This document shows positions 1-12,485 of a stretch of 64,000 bases of DNA, in pieces. Made by a program: the position numbers and the translations under genes. A model generated the notes under the pieces. It searched no databases, was not told where the DNA came from, and saw only the letters and a program-made list of their open reading frames with translations. Position 1 is the stretch's first letter. The number at the start of each line of letters is the position of its first letter. Where the stretch lies: the NCBI GenBank assembly GCA_008632985.1, contig QPGO01000084.1, positions 124,001 through 188,000 on the forward strand, read 5' to 3'. This stretch comes from Psammoneis japonica. Lineage: Eukaryota.

Positions 1-3000
1 CTTGTTGCTGCTCACAATGGGATTGACGACCACCAGCTGGTTGGCATTCCTGTTGTCACTGCCAGCGGTGTCATCCACCCTCAATGTGGACCTGTCATTG
101 CCATCCTTCACCAGTGTGCTCACACTGGAAATGGCAAGACCATGCACTCTTGCTTCCAGCTCCAGGGGCACAAGCATGATGTCAATGACCAGCTGACCAA
201 GGTCCCCAATGGCTTGCAGTGCATTGCTGCCATTGACAGCTGTGTCACCCCCATCAATGTCAAAGGCACCATTGACGGCTGCATCATTCCCATCAACATC
301 GAAGGCCGAAGCCAAATGGGGAGCTTTTTTCCCCATGTCATTCTTGCTGGCAATGACACCTGAGACCCATCTGTCCTTGACTGCCAGCTCACCAACAATG
401 AGAAATGGCATGATGCCATGTCCAACCTTCAAGCCAACCCAACCACCAACCTCTTTGACAAGTTTGGCAACTGTCATGATCACTGGCATGTTGTTGACAA
501 TGCAGTGCTTGTGGACCCTGTCCTTGATGACCATGTCCTCCAATTTCTTCTGTGGGTGCCACAAGCACAAGATCAACCCCAAGGATCCCAACTGTGAATC
601 CCTGTGCACCTGCTTGGGCTTTCCTCCTGAAGGATGCTCTTTGCCACACTTTTGATTGCACCACACAGCATGCTTGAATGCCTGCCAGTGCAAACCTGAA
701 GAAGGTGTGCAAGTCACCCAAACCAGCTCTCAATGTGTCCACCAATGCAGTGAACCAGTTGCTGCTGACACTGTGTGCTCTGACACCCCTGCCATTGACT
801 CTGGATGATGTGTCAGCACATGGCTCTTTGTTGGCACAGAGTCCCTTGTCGCTGATGTGTGAGGCACCAAGGCTGACAAGGGGTTCATCAACATGCTCAA
901 AGGCAACATTCACAACCCTGGTGCTCTGTCCAAGCTCGTCAGTTGTTGTGCTCAGGTTGAGATCAGCAACAAGGTCCTTGACATCCTCTGAGCTCTCTTC
1001 ATGTTCAGCTGGCAAAGCAAGCCCACCTCACCAACAGCACCAGAATTTTGCTGAAAGCTGCTGCCAAACAGTGAAGAACATGGCCAACACCATTGTGGAT
1101 TGCTTTGAATCCCCGGACTGCACTTGGCTCCTTGCCCTCATGCACGTGTGCTTTGTGCTCAACTGCGGGGCTTCTGCCATGCTCTGCTGGCATGCCTCTG
1201 CCAAGGTGCTGTCTGGATCTACTCCCAAAGTCAGCCCCCTCCTCCATTTCAACAGTGGGAACCCTTGCACTGCCACCTGGACAATTCTGACTGGCCGTCT
1301 GAATGCTGCAAGTTGTGCTGTCACTTTGTTGGCACCGCCAAACATGTCAGCCATCAAATGACACCAAAGAGATTCTCTCTGACAACACTCAGAAGATGCT
1401 TTGCCACTCAAGTGTCCATTCTGCTGCTCGCAACCTGTGCTGTTGTCTGCTTGCAACCTGTTTCTTGATCCTCCTTGAAAAACATCTGCTGAACCCATCA
1501 TCAAATCTGACACCAACTCCAAGGATTCACCAGATTTGCCAGATGGGGAGGTGATCAGAATGCCCAAAATTCTGGTTTTTGACCCCAAGGACATCATTGG
1601 ATGCACCTTCCTCATGAAGCCACAAGAGGACAGACAGTGCTGCAGAGCCCACTTTGTCAAGGCCATTGAAAACCAAGACTGGACAAAAATTGGTGACAAC
1701 CAAGAACTCATCAATTTCATTTGCTCAGTCAACAACAAAAAGTGCACAAGGAAATCCTTGTCTGTGATGATGCCATGCACCACATGGAGCAAGAAGATGA
1801 GGATGCCACCATCCGCGGAAGTTCCAACACACCGGCTCACACAAAGGGTTGTTGAGACCTCACATGACCCCTCACTGAAAAGGCTCAAGCTGCCATGTCA
1901 TGCTTGAATGGGAGAGTGGGGAAATCACTTCTGAGCCTCTTGCCATCATCGCCAAAGATGACCATGCCACTTGTGCCATCTGCACATGCAAGTGCAGATT
2001 GCTCAAAGAAACCAATGGATGGAAATGCTTCTGAGCCACAGCCCTGCACCAGAAAAAGCCATTCCACATGTCCAGCCAAGCCAAGCTGCACTTGTTCTGC
2101 ACTGCACCATGACACAAGTGTGGGTGTGGAGTGCCCTGGGACCACAAGCACAGATTGGCCCTTGACCAGTGCAACAGCAGCTGCAAATGGGGAGACACAA
2201 TGGACCTTGAGATGGCTCAACTCAGAGAGTGCTCTGGAGCTGCATCCCTCCATGGTTTCCGGCTGACAATTTTCCTGGCTGAACTCAACAAACCAGAAAG
2301 CCACGACCATGGAGAAACTGTGCATTGTTGCAGGAACTGAAATGAGAGCATCCCAACGAGCGTTGCATTGTCCATCATGCAAATTGCGGGTTTGGATGGA
2401 CACCAGGAGGAAGACGGGGTGATCATCATTCAGCAAGTGCTGTCTTTGCTGCGACCTGGCATTTGGGGTCAATCCTCAAAACCATGGAGTTGCGGCAATC
2501 ACGTTTGTTGAGGGTGATGCCATGCCAACTGCATTGTGCCACAGCTGCAGAGAGGTGCTTGCAGTTCGGGGCTGAGAGTTTCATCATGACCAAGAGACAA
2601 ATGAACAGACCTGATTTTGTGTTGTTTTGGAAAAGACTGCTGCAGCACTCAGAAGGCTGGGTCACAAAATGTTCTGCAAGGCTTCAACAAATCGCTTTTG
2701 TGACAATCCCACAATGTTGATGTGATGCACAATGCTGCTGAAAGGCTTTGGCTTTGGACAGTGCTTGAGGGCGCGATCCCCGTCGTTGGCTTGTTCTGGA
2801 AGTGCACAATGGCACGTGTGCAACTTCTGCACAGCTCATGAAATCCATTTGTTGTGGAGTGCAATTCATGTCAATTGTTGCTGCAGTTCCACTTTCTAGA
2901 TGTAGTGCAGTCTGCAACATCTGATCTTTTTCATCAAGATCCAAACATGGCCACCACAGATGAAAGAGTCTTGAAGAAAGAACGTGTGTGGTCTTGCAGT

Positions 3001-3120
3001 TGCAGTCGAGACAATCGACTGCAAACACAGCAACTGACTTGACAGAGATCTGCAGGCCTCCAGGTGGCGACAGAATCACATCAGCCGACAGACAAAAGAG
3101 CATTGAATGTAGAAAATGAA
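1..3120 (+). mobile_element. Degenerate Ty1/Copia-like (CoDi-type) LTR retrotransposon pol remnant, TpA/CpG-depleted
   Basis: Integrase-like segment PHQQHQNFAESCCQTVKNMANTIVDCFESPDCTWLLALMHVCFVLN (~1025-1165) lies before an RT-like segment (ALDQCNSSCKWGDTMDLEMAQLRE...SLHGFRLTIFLAELN, ~2155-2290), giving INT-before-RT order. Many stops, frameshifts and deletions; LTR not delimited; end approximate. Confidence 0.7.
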
Positions 3121-3154
3121 CATGCCATCGTGAACTTGAACGTGTTTGAGCCAA

Positions 3155-4491
3155 TCAAGCACACAGATGCAGCACCGACTTGAAGACAGAGCATGCCCAT
3201 TGGAGGGGAGGGGCGCCAAATGTAAAGCTGGGCTTGGGAGTGGTGGCTGGCTTTTTGTCTCCCTTCGAGGTTGTTGACAACTCCGTGTTCTCTTCATCCT
3301 CCACGTGCTGTCGATTGGGATGCAGAGGATGCCTGCCGTCAGATCCTGTTGGCGCAGCAAAGTTGAAGCCATTGGTGCCAAAACGAGTGGCCATGCTGTT
3401 GTTGGTGCAACCAAACAATGCGGCAGGAGCAGGGTTGGTGGCGCTGTCACTGGCATTGCCAAACAGTGCGGCTGGAGCCAGAGCCGCTACGTTCTTGTTG
3501 GCACTGCCAAACAATGCGGCGGCAGCAGGATCCGCAGTGTTGTTGCTGGTGCTGCCAAACAATGCGGCTGGAGCAGGATCGTCAGCACCATTTTTGGCAT
3601 CACCAAACAATGTGGGTGGAGAAGGATTGGCCGTGGTGTTCTTGGAATTGCCGAACAATTTGACTGGGGTGGGAGCCGCTGCATCATTGTTGGCATCACC
3701 AAAAAATGTGGTTGCGGGACTGGCAGGAGCAGCCACATTGTCGAAGTCGGAGGAATCACCGCCAAGGGCAGCTGGAGCATGAAGACTGCGTTGGTGAGAA
3801 CCAGTTTGCTGCTGCAAGACAACATTGGGGCTTGCAGCAAAGTGGTTGACACACGTGGGAGTGGACCTCGTGTGGCTGGAGAGTCCACCCGAGAGGCAAC
3901 GGGAGATGTGTGTGCAGCACTGCCGTGAGCACACGTGCGTGGCGAGTCGGCTGTCCAGGGCGTCATGTGCTCGGACATTGAGGGCTCAAATTTCAAACTT
4001 TCAATGAACTTGTCATCGCAACCAGCTGCGTTGAAGCACATTGCAAAAATGTGCTTGAGAGACTCCATGTTGAATTTCGCGTTGCATGGAATCCGCTCAA
4101 TCTGAAAAGACGCGCGGTGGAAGAACCCTTTCGACCTGAGCTCTTTGACGTGTTCTTGGAACTTGGTGCATTGTGCATGCCCCGCCCCCGCTGCAGCCTT
4201 CAAGATGAGGTGGAAGATTTCCTTGTCATTGATGTCGTTGAGGTTGTCAATCGTCTTGAGCTTGGTGGTCTCCTTTGCAACTGCGGCGCCGAGGTTGAAA
4301 TTGACTTTGTTTGGGATCTGTACGAACGATTCCACCCTGCATTGCTTGGGCTTGAGGCGCTCTGCCCGATTCACGTCTTTGATTCGTCCAAGATGAACTC
4401 CAACTTCTTCCAGGGCTTTCTCGGCTTTTTTGAGGTCGTCGGCAGCCTCGGTGATGGCGGGTTCTTTAGAACGACGGACGTTTTCCGTCAC
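3155..4491 (-). pseudogene. Frameshifted ORF with FG-repeat (nucleoporin-like) low-complexity C-terminus
   Basis: ORFs 3487..4491 and 3155..3934 overlap in different frames. The latter encodes repeated APAALFGxxxN units and KPSFTFGAP. TpA-depleted. Confidence 0.5.
3405..3715. repeat. 48-bp tandem repeat, ~7 copies (16-aa LFG repeat on minus strand)
   Basis: ccaaacaatg-like anchor recurs at 3411, 3459, 3507, 3555, 3603, 3651 and 3699. Confidence 0.9.
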
Positions 4492-4999
4492 AATCTTGTG
4501 TGCTTCAGCGGCGAGCGTCAGTTTCTATCTAGACTATCTCTCCTGAATTGGTGATGTTGTTCGCTGTGCAGTGTGCAGACTCAATCATTTCTTGCAACTT
4601 TCCCGGGTCGTTAATCAACTCAGCAATGATTTGCGACCCTGTCGCATGGCCAGGGACGTTGAATGAAATACGCCTCCCAGCCACGAGCGGCGTGATCCTG
4701 CATCAGTGCTTCCGCTGGCAACAATAAAGGCCTCTCGTCATCGTTGCTGCCGTCGGCGGTGCGAAACGAAGAACTCGGATTAGGACTGTAGGAGTTGAGG
4801 CCAGTTCGAGAGCGCTTGCGAGCAGGAGCAAACATGGTTGAAACGACGGCGAGTGTTGTTTTGCGTCAACGTCTGCGGGTTGTGAGAGCGACGACGATGC
4901 GAGTCTGGAGTCTGGAGTCGTCTCATGGTAGATCTAACGAAAATCGTACGACGAATCTTAGCAGTCAACGATTGATCAATTGCCGCCACCAACTAGCAG

Positions 5000-5650
5000 T
5001 AGACTTGCGGCACCAGCTCAGCTTGCCTTTGCTCAGCCATCGGCTGAATCGAGAGCTCTGACTACTGCAGCAGCCGCACCTCCGTATCCACCAAGGTATG
5101 CAGCAACTGCCACCAGGCACGGGACCAGTGAGGCCAGGATATGCTCATCAGCAGCAGCAACCGGCACAGCCTAGTAGACCGCCTACAACTCCTCAACCAA
5201 CGTTTGCGCAGGAACGTTTGCGCAGATTCCACCAAAGACTGTAAAACTCATGGTGGCGGTACAGCAGGCTCCTCCGCCATCTGCGTATGCATCTTCGAAT
5301 CCGCGTTAGCAGAGCACTCCGAAGCCTACAATCCTCAACCGGCGGGTGGCGGTCCTTCGCAGCCGCAGTACAATTCTTAAGGAAGCCAAGCAGCAGCTCC
5401 GCCAGCCTTTGCAGGACAGCCGTAGTATCTGCCGCAACGGCAACAGCAGGCCTATGTACAAGCACCGCAACAGCAGCCTGGGTTTGCAGCACCGCCACCA
5501 CAATCGCATCCGGGACAGCAACCTCCGGCAACGACAAATTTGTTTGCAGTGGCGGCTCCTCCGTCATTGGCGCCGTGCCCCACCATCTGCCTAAACAATC
5601 CAAACTCGACATTGAGAAATGATCCATTTACGCAACTAGATGATGCAACA
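5000..5650 (+). pseudogene. Pro/Gln-rich coding-like fragment with stops and frameshifts
   Basis: Readable pieces GMQQLPPGTGPVRPGYAHQQQQPAQP and QQQAYVQAPQQQPGFAAPPPQSHPGQQPP are interrupted by stops. Confidence 0.35.
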
Positions 5651-6347
5651 AAAAAATGGGAATTGACGATACTTAAGTTTTCATGGGTGCATTTCCTTTC
5701 GCAGCGAAATAGTTCCTCTCGTTTCCCGCTGGATCAAAAGTTACACAGGCTAATGTGTTTGGACTGTAGAAGATAGAGCCTACTGTTGGTTATGAATTGT
5801 ATGGTACAGATTCCCCAAGTCGAGTTTCAAACACTCTGATCATCTTCTTCGTTCACAGGTCGAGTTTCTATTGTTCGATGGGACTTAACTCTCTCCTCAG
5901 TAGAAAGATATGTACAAAGTGGAAGACGCTAAGCTTCCTTGTCCATGGGGAAGATTCGGCGAAACTCTTTCCATGTCAACCCTCGATCATTCTTGGTCAA
6001 TTTGAGCGTTTCAAACATATTACGGATACCTTCTTCATTGTAACCCCAATCTACATGCCTGGTACAACCCACAACTTCGTAATTCGTATAAAATGTGTCC
6101 ATAAGAAAGAACTATGCGTGGCACGTCCATGCGTCAATAATATTTTGGATGAAAGACTAACGGCAACAAACCAATGTTTAGCTCATTCTATTGGTGATGA
6201 AGATTTGTAAATTATGCGAAAAGCACCCGTTGAAGTAGCAAATAGAATCTTTTCAATCAGGGCGCAAGGTCACGAGGCGCCTTCCCCGACCTTAGAAGCG
6301 ATCGCCTCTTTTGCGCTCGCTGAATCTCGAAGATGAGGGACAAGCCT

Positions 6348-8102
6348 TTAGTGGCTGAGGTCGATCTCACGAACAGTCGCTACTTCAGAGTATGGGTTAC
6401 AAGGGTCGGCTCCCCATGAGTCTAACAGCTTCACAAATTCTTCCTTTACCCCCCCAACAAGCACATCAGCGGAGAGAAGAAACTGATCCTGCAGCCATTG
6501 TCGTGTCCTTATTCCTTGAGTAACAAGAAGCTTACGAATGTCATTAAATCTTTCGTCGCAAATATCTATTGTTTCTGGATGCGAGGCGTTCCCCACAAAA
6601 TGATTTATATTCTCTCTCCCAAAGGGGGAAAGCGGCTCCTTGAGATGCAAAAAGTCCTGCATGCTGCTTCGAAAGTCAGCTGCCCTATCAACATTTGAGT
6701 CCTCGAGTTGCTCGACGGCGTAGAGAAATATCTTGAAAGGAGTTTGCTGCACCCTCATGTCACGCCTTTGGTCTAGTTCTTTCTGTTGCGAAGGTGTCAA
6801 TTCAGTCTTTCCTAGCTGCATCAAGAACAACTCAAACCGAGCTACGTCAGTAGAGACCCCTCTCCAACGATTTGAGCCAACGAGAGTTTCTGCCGGAGGG
6901 ATGGGCTCGTTACTGCCCTTGTCGTAAATTTCAGTCACACGATAGTTGTAAAAGCTCTGGAAAAATACAACGGGATGTCGTACACCAATTACCAGGCGGG
7001 CGTGTGGCGAGTGTTGCTTGAGACGTTCGATCCCTTGCCACGTTCGAAGCCCAGTAGGGCACTTTATTCCAAAATTTGAAGCTGGCTCGAGTTCAGACAG
7101 GGCTGTGTTCAATTTGGAGTATGCAGCAGAATCATCAAGATTTGGCTGAATGATATCGCATTGTTCCTTGTCGCTTATCGATGTTTCCACATGATTAGAA
7201 AAAGCATAGAGAAGAGTGGTCGTGCCACATTTTGGAAAGCCCGCAATGAAGAAGTCCAATGGTCGTCCAATTTCTGATTCTGCCATCTTGGTGCTATCCA
7301 CGTTATCACTTTTGTTGGCTGCGATCAGGTGAAGAGCTCCCTTGAACTTGTTTTGTCCATGGAAACCAAAGTCTTCTTTCATGATCTCATTGGTTAGCTT
7401 CGGGTTCTCATAGGTATGAGGTAGAATTGATTTCGTAAGATGTGCAAGATCTCTTGCGGAGTTACTGGGGCTATCGTCGTTTGTTTGAAACCTGCGAACA
7501 CAACTGTGTTTGAACCGACTTTGTAGCGCGTGATCCTCGTTACGAAAGTAAACCCAATCCCAACGTCGATCATTTCTATCCTTGGACAGTAGAGTATAGA
7601 GATTGAAAGGATTTCCTGAAGTGGATTCATTTCTTCCCACGAATTCAAATCTCCCCGAGTTGGATGGCTTGGTTGGAGTGTTGGGCGGCGGGTTGATTAG
7701 AGGGGCACTGCTTGGTGCCTTGTTAGTATTGGTTGGTTTTATCTCCAACGTGGGTGTGTTTTTCTCTGTTACACTTTGTTGGAGGGTTCTGTGCCAGAAA
7801 GATTCTTCGTGGCTTTCATCGACGACAACATGCAGTTTCTGCCGAGTTTGTCGCTTCGAGCTCCTGCCCCATTCATGTGCCGATCCCTTATGTCTACTGA
7901 CTCTATCTTTCTTTGTGTTGGCCCCTATTTTATCGTTGCTCACTCTGTATATCGTTCTTCGAAGATTTTTGTCAGCACTGTTTGTCGCTGCTCTTTGTCG
8001 CAAAGCGTGTTCGTCACCACAAGATTCGCCTGCATCCTTTATTCTTACGAGGATAACACAAAGGATAACAACGAAAGCTGCCAACGGCCCGAGGGTCTTC
8101 AT
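6348..8102 (-). CDS. Type II membrane sulfotransferase-domain protein (paralogue A)
   Basis: Uninterrupted ORF. N-terminal hydrophobic anchor after MKTLG (ATG 8102). PAPS-binding 5'-PSB motif FFIAGFPKCGTTTLL and 3'-PB-like VRHPV...SFYNY. Confidence 0.85.
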   Translation of the reverse strand: MKTLGPLAAFVVILCVILVRIKDAGESCGDEHALRQRAATNSADKNLRRTIYRVSNDKIGANTKKDRVSRHKGSAHEWGRSSKRQTRQKLHVVVDESHEESFWHRTLQQSVTEKNTPTLEIKPTNTNKAPSSAPLINPPPNTPTKPSNSGRFEFVGRNESTSGNPFNLYTLLSKDRNDRRWDWVYFRNEDHALQSRFKHSCVRRFQTNDDSPSNSARDLAHLTKSILPHTYENPKLTNEIMKEDFGFHGQNKFKGALHLIAANKSDNVDSTKMAESEIGRPLDFFIAGFPKCGTTTLLYAFSNHVETSISDKEQCDIIQPNLDDSAAYSKLNTALSELEPASNFGIKCPTGLRTWQGIERLKQHSPHARLVIGVRHPVVFFQSFYNYRVTEIYDKGSNEPIPPAETLVGSNRWRGVSTDVARFELFLMQLGKTELTPSQQKELDQRRDMRVQQTPFKIFLYAVEQLEDSNVDRAADFRSSMQDFLHLKEPLSPFGRENINHFVGNASHPETIDICDERFNDIRKLLVTQGIRTRQWLQDQFLLSADVLVGGVKEEFVKLLDSWGADPCNPYSEVATVREIDLSH

Positions 8103-8643
8103 GGCCGTGGTTTTCCAGAGAAGGAAGAAGAAGTAACTTGGACAGTGGTAATGCTCTCTATCTACCGGTAGAGAGTAGTCGTACGTCAAAACAAGAGAGC
8201 GAAAGCGAAGCGCAGGACAACAAAAAAGTGGCGCCGCAAACCCGGGAGCGATGAAACTAATCAATCATGAATATTTTGGATATCATCGCAAAGTGCCAGA
8301 GGGCAGTTAGCCTTTTCGTCAGTAAAATTTGTCCGGCGTCTACCTGTACAAGGTGGCGGTGGTTGAATCATCGTCCGTGGACAAAAATTGAGGGGGATAG
8401 GAAATTTGATGTCTTGTCAAGTTTGGTCCCGCTAAGACTATGACTTGGGACTACTACTCTGACTCATCTTGAATCTTGCGCTCCGTTTTTCTGTAGCCCC
8501 AGCTACTACGGTAGCTAGAGTAGAGAGTAGCTACTAGAGAGACTCTCAGCATGTTCAATTTAAATTTATAAAGCAGCTTTTGAGAGGAGCTCCATTTCAA
8601 CTACTGTATGCAAAGATAATGAATTAAAATTTGTTTCGGTCCT

Positions 8644-10218
8644 CTATCTTGTCTTATATTTTAGCTCCCCAGTTTGGGTGCAAGGATCTACAGACCAGGT
8701 GTTTAGAGATTGCAAAAAATGAGCTTCGTCCCCTGCCGACACATCCGGGCTCTCTAGGAAGGAGTTTCTAATCCACGCCTGTGTTTTCCGTCCTTGTTCC
8801 AGAAGAAGTGCTCGAGTGCTAGCGTATCTTTCATCGCAAATATCAATAGTCTCTGGGTGCGAGTTGTCTCCGACAAAATGGTTCTTATTTTCTCGTGAAA
8901 AGGGACCTAGTGGCTCATTGAGTTGAAGGAATTCCTGCATGTCATTTCGAAGCCTTGTGGATCTACTTGGGTCAGTATCTTCCAATTGCTCCACCGAATA
9001 CAGGAAAACTTTGAATGGAAACGGCTTGACCGCCATATCTGGACGTTTGGCTAACATTTCCATATCAGCCATTGACATTGCTGTTTTTCCTAGCTGCATT
9101 AGAAAAGCCTCGTATTGAGCATTGTCTGTGGATACGCCTTGCCAATCCTTGGGGCCAATGATGTCTTCCACCGGTGGTATCGTCGTGCGGCGATTCTTGT
9201 CGTAGATCTCTGTCACTCGATAGTTGTAAAAGCTCTCAAAGAAACGAACGGGGTGTCGAACACCAATCACAATACGGGCATCAGGAGAGTGTCTATGCAA
9301 TCTCTCCAACCCATGGAAACTTTTCAGACCAGATGGACACTTGATACCCCTCTTGCTTGAAGGGGAAGCGTCGAGTTCTACTAGTCCTTGGTTCAGATTC
9401 GTCATGGCTTCGTCGTCAGTTTTTGTCCTTGAAACAAGATCACAAACTTCATTATCGTGAATGGATGTCTCCTTGTGCTTTGAGAAGGCGTGAAGTAGAG
9501 TGGTCGTCCCACATTTCGGAAAGCCAGCAATGAAGAAGTCAATTCCACCTTGTACCTTTTTCGTAACGCTGTCCTCGTCTTCTTCCATTCCGAATTCCGG
9601 CTCCTCATCAGCTAGGTCTCTCCTCCACTCTTTAGCATGAGAATGACTTCTATAATGATGCTGGCTTCTGTACTCTATCCAATTTCCGTACCTACTATTG
9701 CAAGCGCAAGTATAGGATTGAGCGCCAAAGATTTGCTCCCTCGTGCCGTACTTGCTGTTCCAACCTCGGTTCTGGAATCTATTGACATACTTTTTCGGTG
9801 GTGGCGGTGGATATGAAAAGCTCATGGAAGCTGCTGAAAATGAACCATCTTGTAGCATTCGCCGCCAGAAATCAACTTCCTCGTTTTGTGATCCGAATGC
9901 GTTGCCATCTTGGTCCTCTCTGCCGCCATTAGAATGCCGCCTTTGGCTGGTATCATCTCCCACGCCACCATCTACCCTGAAGCTCTGATAGCGTAGCCCT
10001 GAAACCCGTATCCGCTTCCGCTTATCGTTGTCGTGCTGAATAGATTTTAAGTCGTGCGGAGTGGAAGGTCGATGATTCCATCGGCTTGCGGAAGTCCATA
10101 CTTTGGTCGTCCTTATCAGTAACAAGCTTCCCACTGAATCACTTTTGCTGTAACAAAGCCATAGGGCGACAAAGCATGCGCATCCGAAAATTGAGGATAG
10201 GACAATCGTCATGGGCAT
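8644..10218 (-). CDS. Type II membrane sulfotransferase-domain protein (paralogue B, tandem duplicate)
   Basis: Uninterrupted ORF with N-terminal TM segment; FFIAGFPKCGTTTLL and VRHPVRFFESFYNYRVTEIYDK. C-terminal half is clearly homologous to paralogue A. Confidence 0.85.
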   Translation of the reverse strand: MPMTIVLSSIFGCACFVALWLCYSKSDSVGSLLLIRTTKVWTSASRWNHRPSTPHDLKSIQHDNDKRKRIRVSGLRYQSFRVDGGVGDDTSQRRHSNGGREDQDGNAFGSQNEEVDFWRRMLQDGSFSAASMSFSYPPPPPKKYVNRFQNRGWNSKYGTREQIFGAQSYTCACNSRYGNWIEYRSQHHYRSHSHAKEWRRDLADEEPEFGMEEDEDSVTKKVQGGIDFFIAGFPKCGTTTLLHAFSKHKETSIHDNEVCDLVSRTKTDDEAMTNLNQGLVELDASPSSKRGIKCPSGLKSFHGLERLHRHSPDARIVIGVRHPVRFFESFYNYRVTEIYDKNRRTTIPPVEDIIGPKDWQGVSTDNAQYEAFLMQLGKTAMSMADMEMLAKRPDMAVKPFPFKVFLYSVEQLEDTDPSRSTRLRNDMQEFLQLNEPLGPFSRENKNHFVGDNSHPETIDICDERYASTRALLLEQGRKTQAWIRNSFLESPDVSAGDEAHFLQSLNTWSVDPCTQTGELKYKTR

Positions 10219-10466
10219 TCGGTTCGCACCGTAGGTGTCTTGAGAGAAAAATGTGGTGATAAATGAGGTATAAACGCTTTTTTCGGCGGGAATCAAAACC
10301 AGAACCTGCTCTTTCAAAACATTTATGACGGCAAAATTGGTCGGAGTTTCACTCCAAGTGATTCTCTAGTCATGACAAATTATTATAGGTTGGTCATAGA
10401 GCTCTAAGTGTTTTGCAAACACGTTAAGTGACAAATATATCAAAGTGACGTCGATAATACAACTAT

Positions 10467-10766
10467 TTAAGCCATGAAGGTATGAGTTAGCCGGGGTAGG
10501 GCTAGTTGGTCGCGCACGTTTGGGTTCGATGCAGCCGTGCAACTAGCCATACCCTGCAGGAAGAGCTGTTGGTGGCGCGCGAGCAGAAGCAACAAAGCAA
10601 AGAAAACGGCGTGGGTCAAAACGTTGTAAAATGACGCAACAACAAGCAGCGAGAAGAAACCCAACTTGACCCATGAATACAGCGCATACATATTGTCCAA
10701 CCACTTCAATAGTATCTCGTATTCCCAGCTTGTAGATGAGGGGACGGCGTTCGCGTTTCTCGCCAT
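10467..10766 (-). CDS. Small hypothetical membrane protein (99 aa)
   Basis: ATG-initiated ORF with two hydrophobic stretches in an otherwise intergenic gap; no recognised motif. Confidence 0.35.
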   Translation of the reverse strand: MARNANAVPSSTSWEYEILLKWLDNMYALYSWVKLGFFSLLVVASFYNVLTHAVFFALLLLLARHQQLFLQGMASCTAASNPNVRDQLALPRLTHTFMA

Positions 10767-11260
10767 GGTGTTGTTGTGCGTTATCGTGTTGTTTGCGCGC
10801 GAAGACCACGGGATCTATTTATCCGATAGTCACTGTGTTTTGGTAATAGTAGATATTTCACTATATCCAATCTGAAGTTATTTTGAGAAGCGCTTCGCGA
10901 CAACCCTGTTCGCACCGTTAAATAGAATTTTTTTTTATCCAGATTCCAGAGTTCTTTCGGGGTGTTCTGTCAGACTTTTGAATTGGTATATACATATATC
11001 AGAGGCATTAGCAAAATCAATGATATGTAATAGCTTCAGAGACCAATATAAATTTATGTTCCATGTAGACCACGTAGATTGTGTACCGGTGGAAAATCCA
11101 CGGCATGTCAATCACCCAGTAGTAATTCTACGTATATCCTACTTACACCTCACACACGTACACACACCTAGACAGTCTAATAACCGCGCACACGTGCGCG
11201 AGATTATTGAAGATTTTGTGATTTGTGACAGTCGCGTCATTACCGTACCGGTACATCACC

Positions 11261-12485
11261 ATGGGGCTTGTCAGCGCTGCCTCGCGGCGGCGCCTCTTTG
11301 CACCACTACGATTACAATTCATTCGCAATGCATCTTCTTCATCCTCATCAAGTTCGTGGGAACCTACACCACAGCGCGTGTGGTCTTCCATAAAAGATGA
11401 TGTTGTCGAGCCTCGTTTCTGGACAAAATCTGTTCTTTCGAGGCTACACGACGATTTAGAGTCTTTGATCGAAAGGGTGGAAGTTCAAGAATCAAAGGGA
11501 GGGAGAATGCAGCAGAGACAATTAGGTGTATTGCATGAAGATCCGGTGGAAGACATGAGGTTGCTAATAAAGAACTATACAGGTAAGAATGCTGCTGTGT
11601 GTTGTATTTGTTCTTTGAAATTAATATGAAAGCAATTGCAATTCAGTGCTCAGTGCTGTACGAAGATGCCTCTTCTGAATAGTTTACTTTTTCCCTTGTA
11701 TTTCTCACGTGTGCAATCCTTCTATTTATGTATAAGTACCTTCACTGACCGCTTCTTTGAGAGATCGTGAGGATGCACTGCAGCTTTGTGCAGAGTTGGC
11801 TTCGAAACAGAAATGGGATGATGTAGCTGCAATTCTAGAACCGTACGAGCATCAGTATGTCTTGCAACGACGTCAATCCGGATCAAATTATCTCGACTTG
11901 ACATCCCCATTAGAAAAGGAAGGATTAGAGGGAATTCGCAAAGTCTTGATGCGCATGCCTCGACGAGTCACACAGGCTCACCAAAAACGAGCAGGAGTCG
12001 TTCTGCCCTTATGCAATGTCGACGGCGTCCCGTGTTTGCTATTGGAAAAGCGTTCTCCACATTTACGTGCCCATCCTGATGAAGTATGTTTGCCAGGTGG
12101 GATGCTTTGTACCATTGCAGATCAATCCATTGTTGCCACTTGTCTGCGTGAAATGCAAGAAGAAATACATGGACTCGACAATGATGTTCAAGTGCTGGGA
12201 GTCTTGCGATGCAATTGGGGAAAAGTTCATCACTTGGTAGGGGTGGCAGTCACGCCCGTGGTTTGTTTTCTGGGTGAAGTGTCGTCACTTGATATTCAAC
12301 CCAATCCTGATGAAGTAGCAGAGTGCTTCACTGTGCCTCTGGAGAGCTTTCTAGAGCCGTCCTTTTGGATTCGGCGAGAGGGCTACGCACCCATATTTAT
12401 TGGGGGGCCTCATGTTATATGGGGTCTCACTGGATATATTTGTCGGAGATTCGCAAAGGACGTTCTCAAACCGCAAACAAAATAG
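11261..12485 (+). CDS. Nudix hydrolase, CoA-pyrophosphatase type (NUDT7/NUDT8-like); exons 11261-11582 and 11737-12485
   Basis: GT donor at 11583 and AG acceptor at 11735-36 join the exons in frame (NYT-V-PSLTASLRDRE). Motifs LLEKRSPHLRAHPDEVCLPGG...LREMQEEI, PNPDEVAECFTVPL and IWGLT. Confidence 0.85.

Noticed and set aside
5797..6210. 137-aa plus-strand ORF
   Set aside because: No motif; non-ATG start; the minus strand looks at best like a stop-interrupted fragment.
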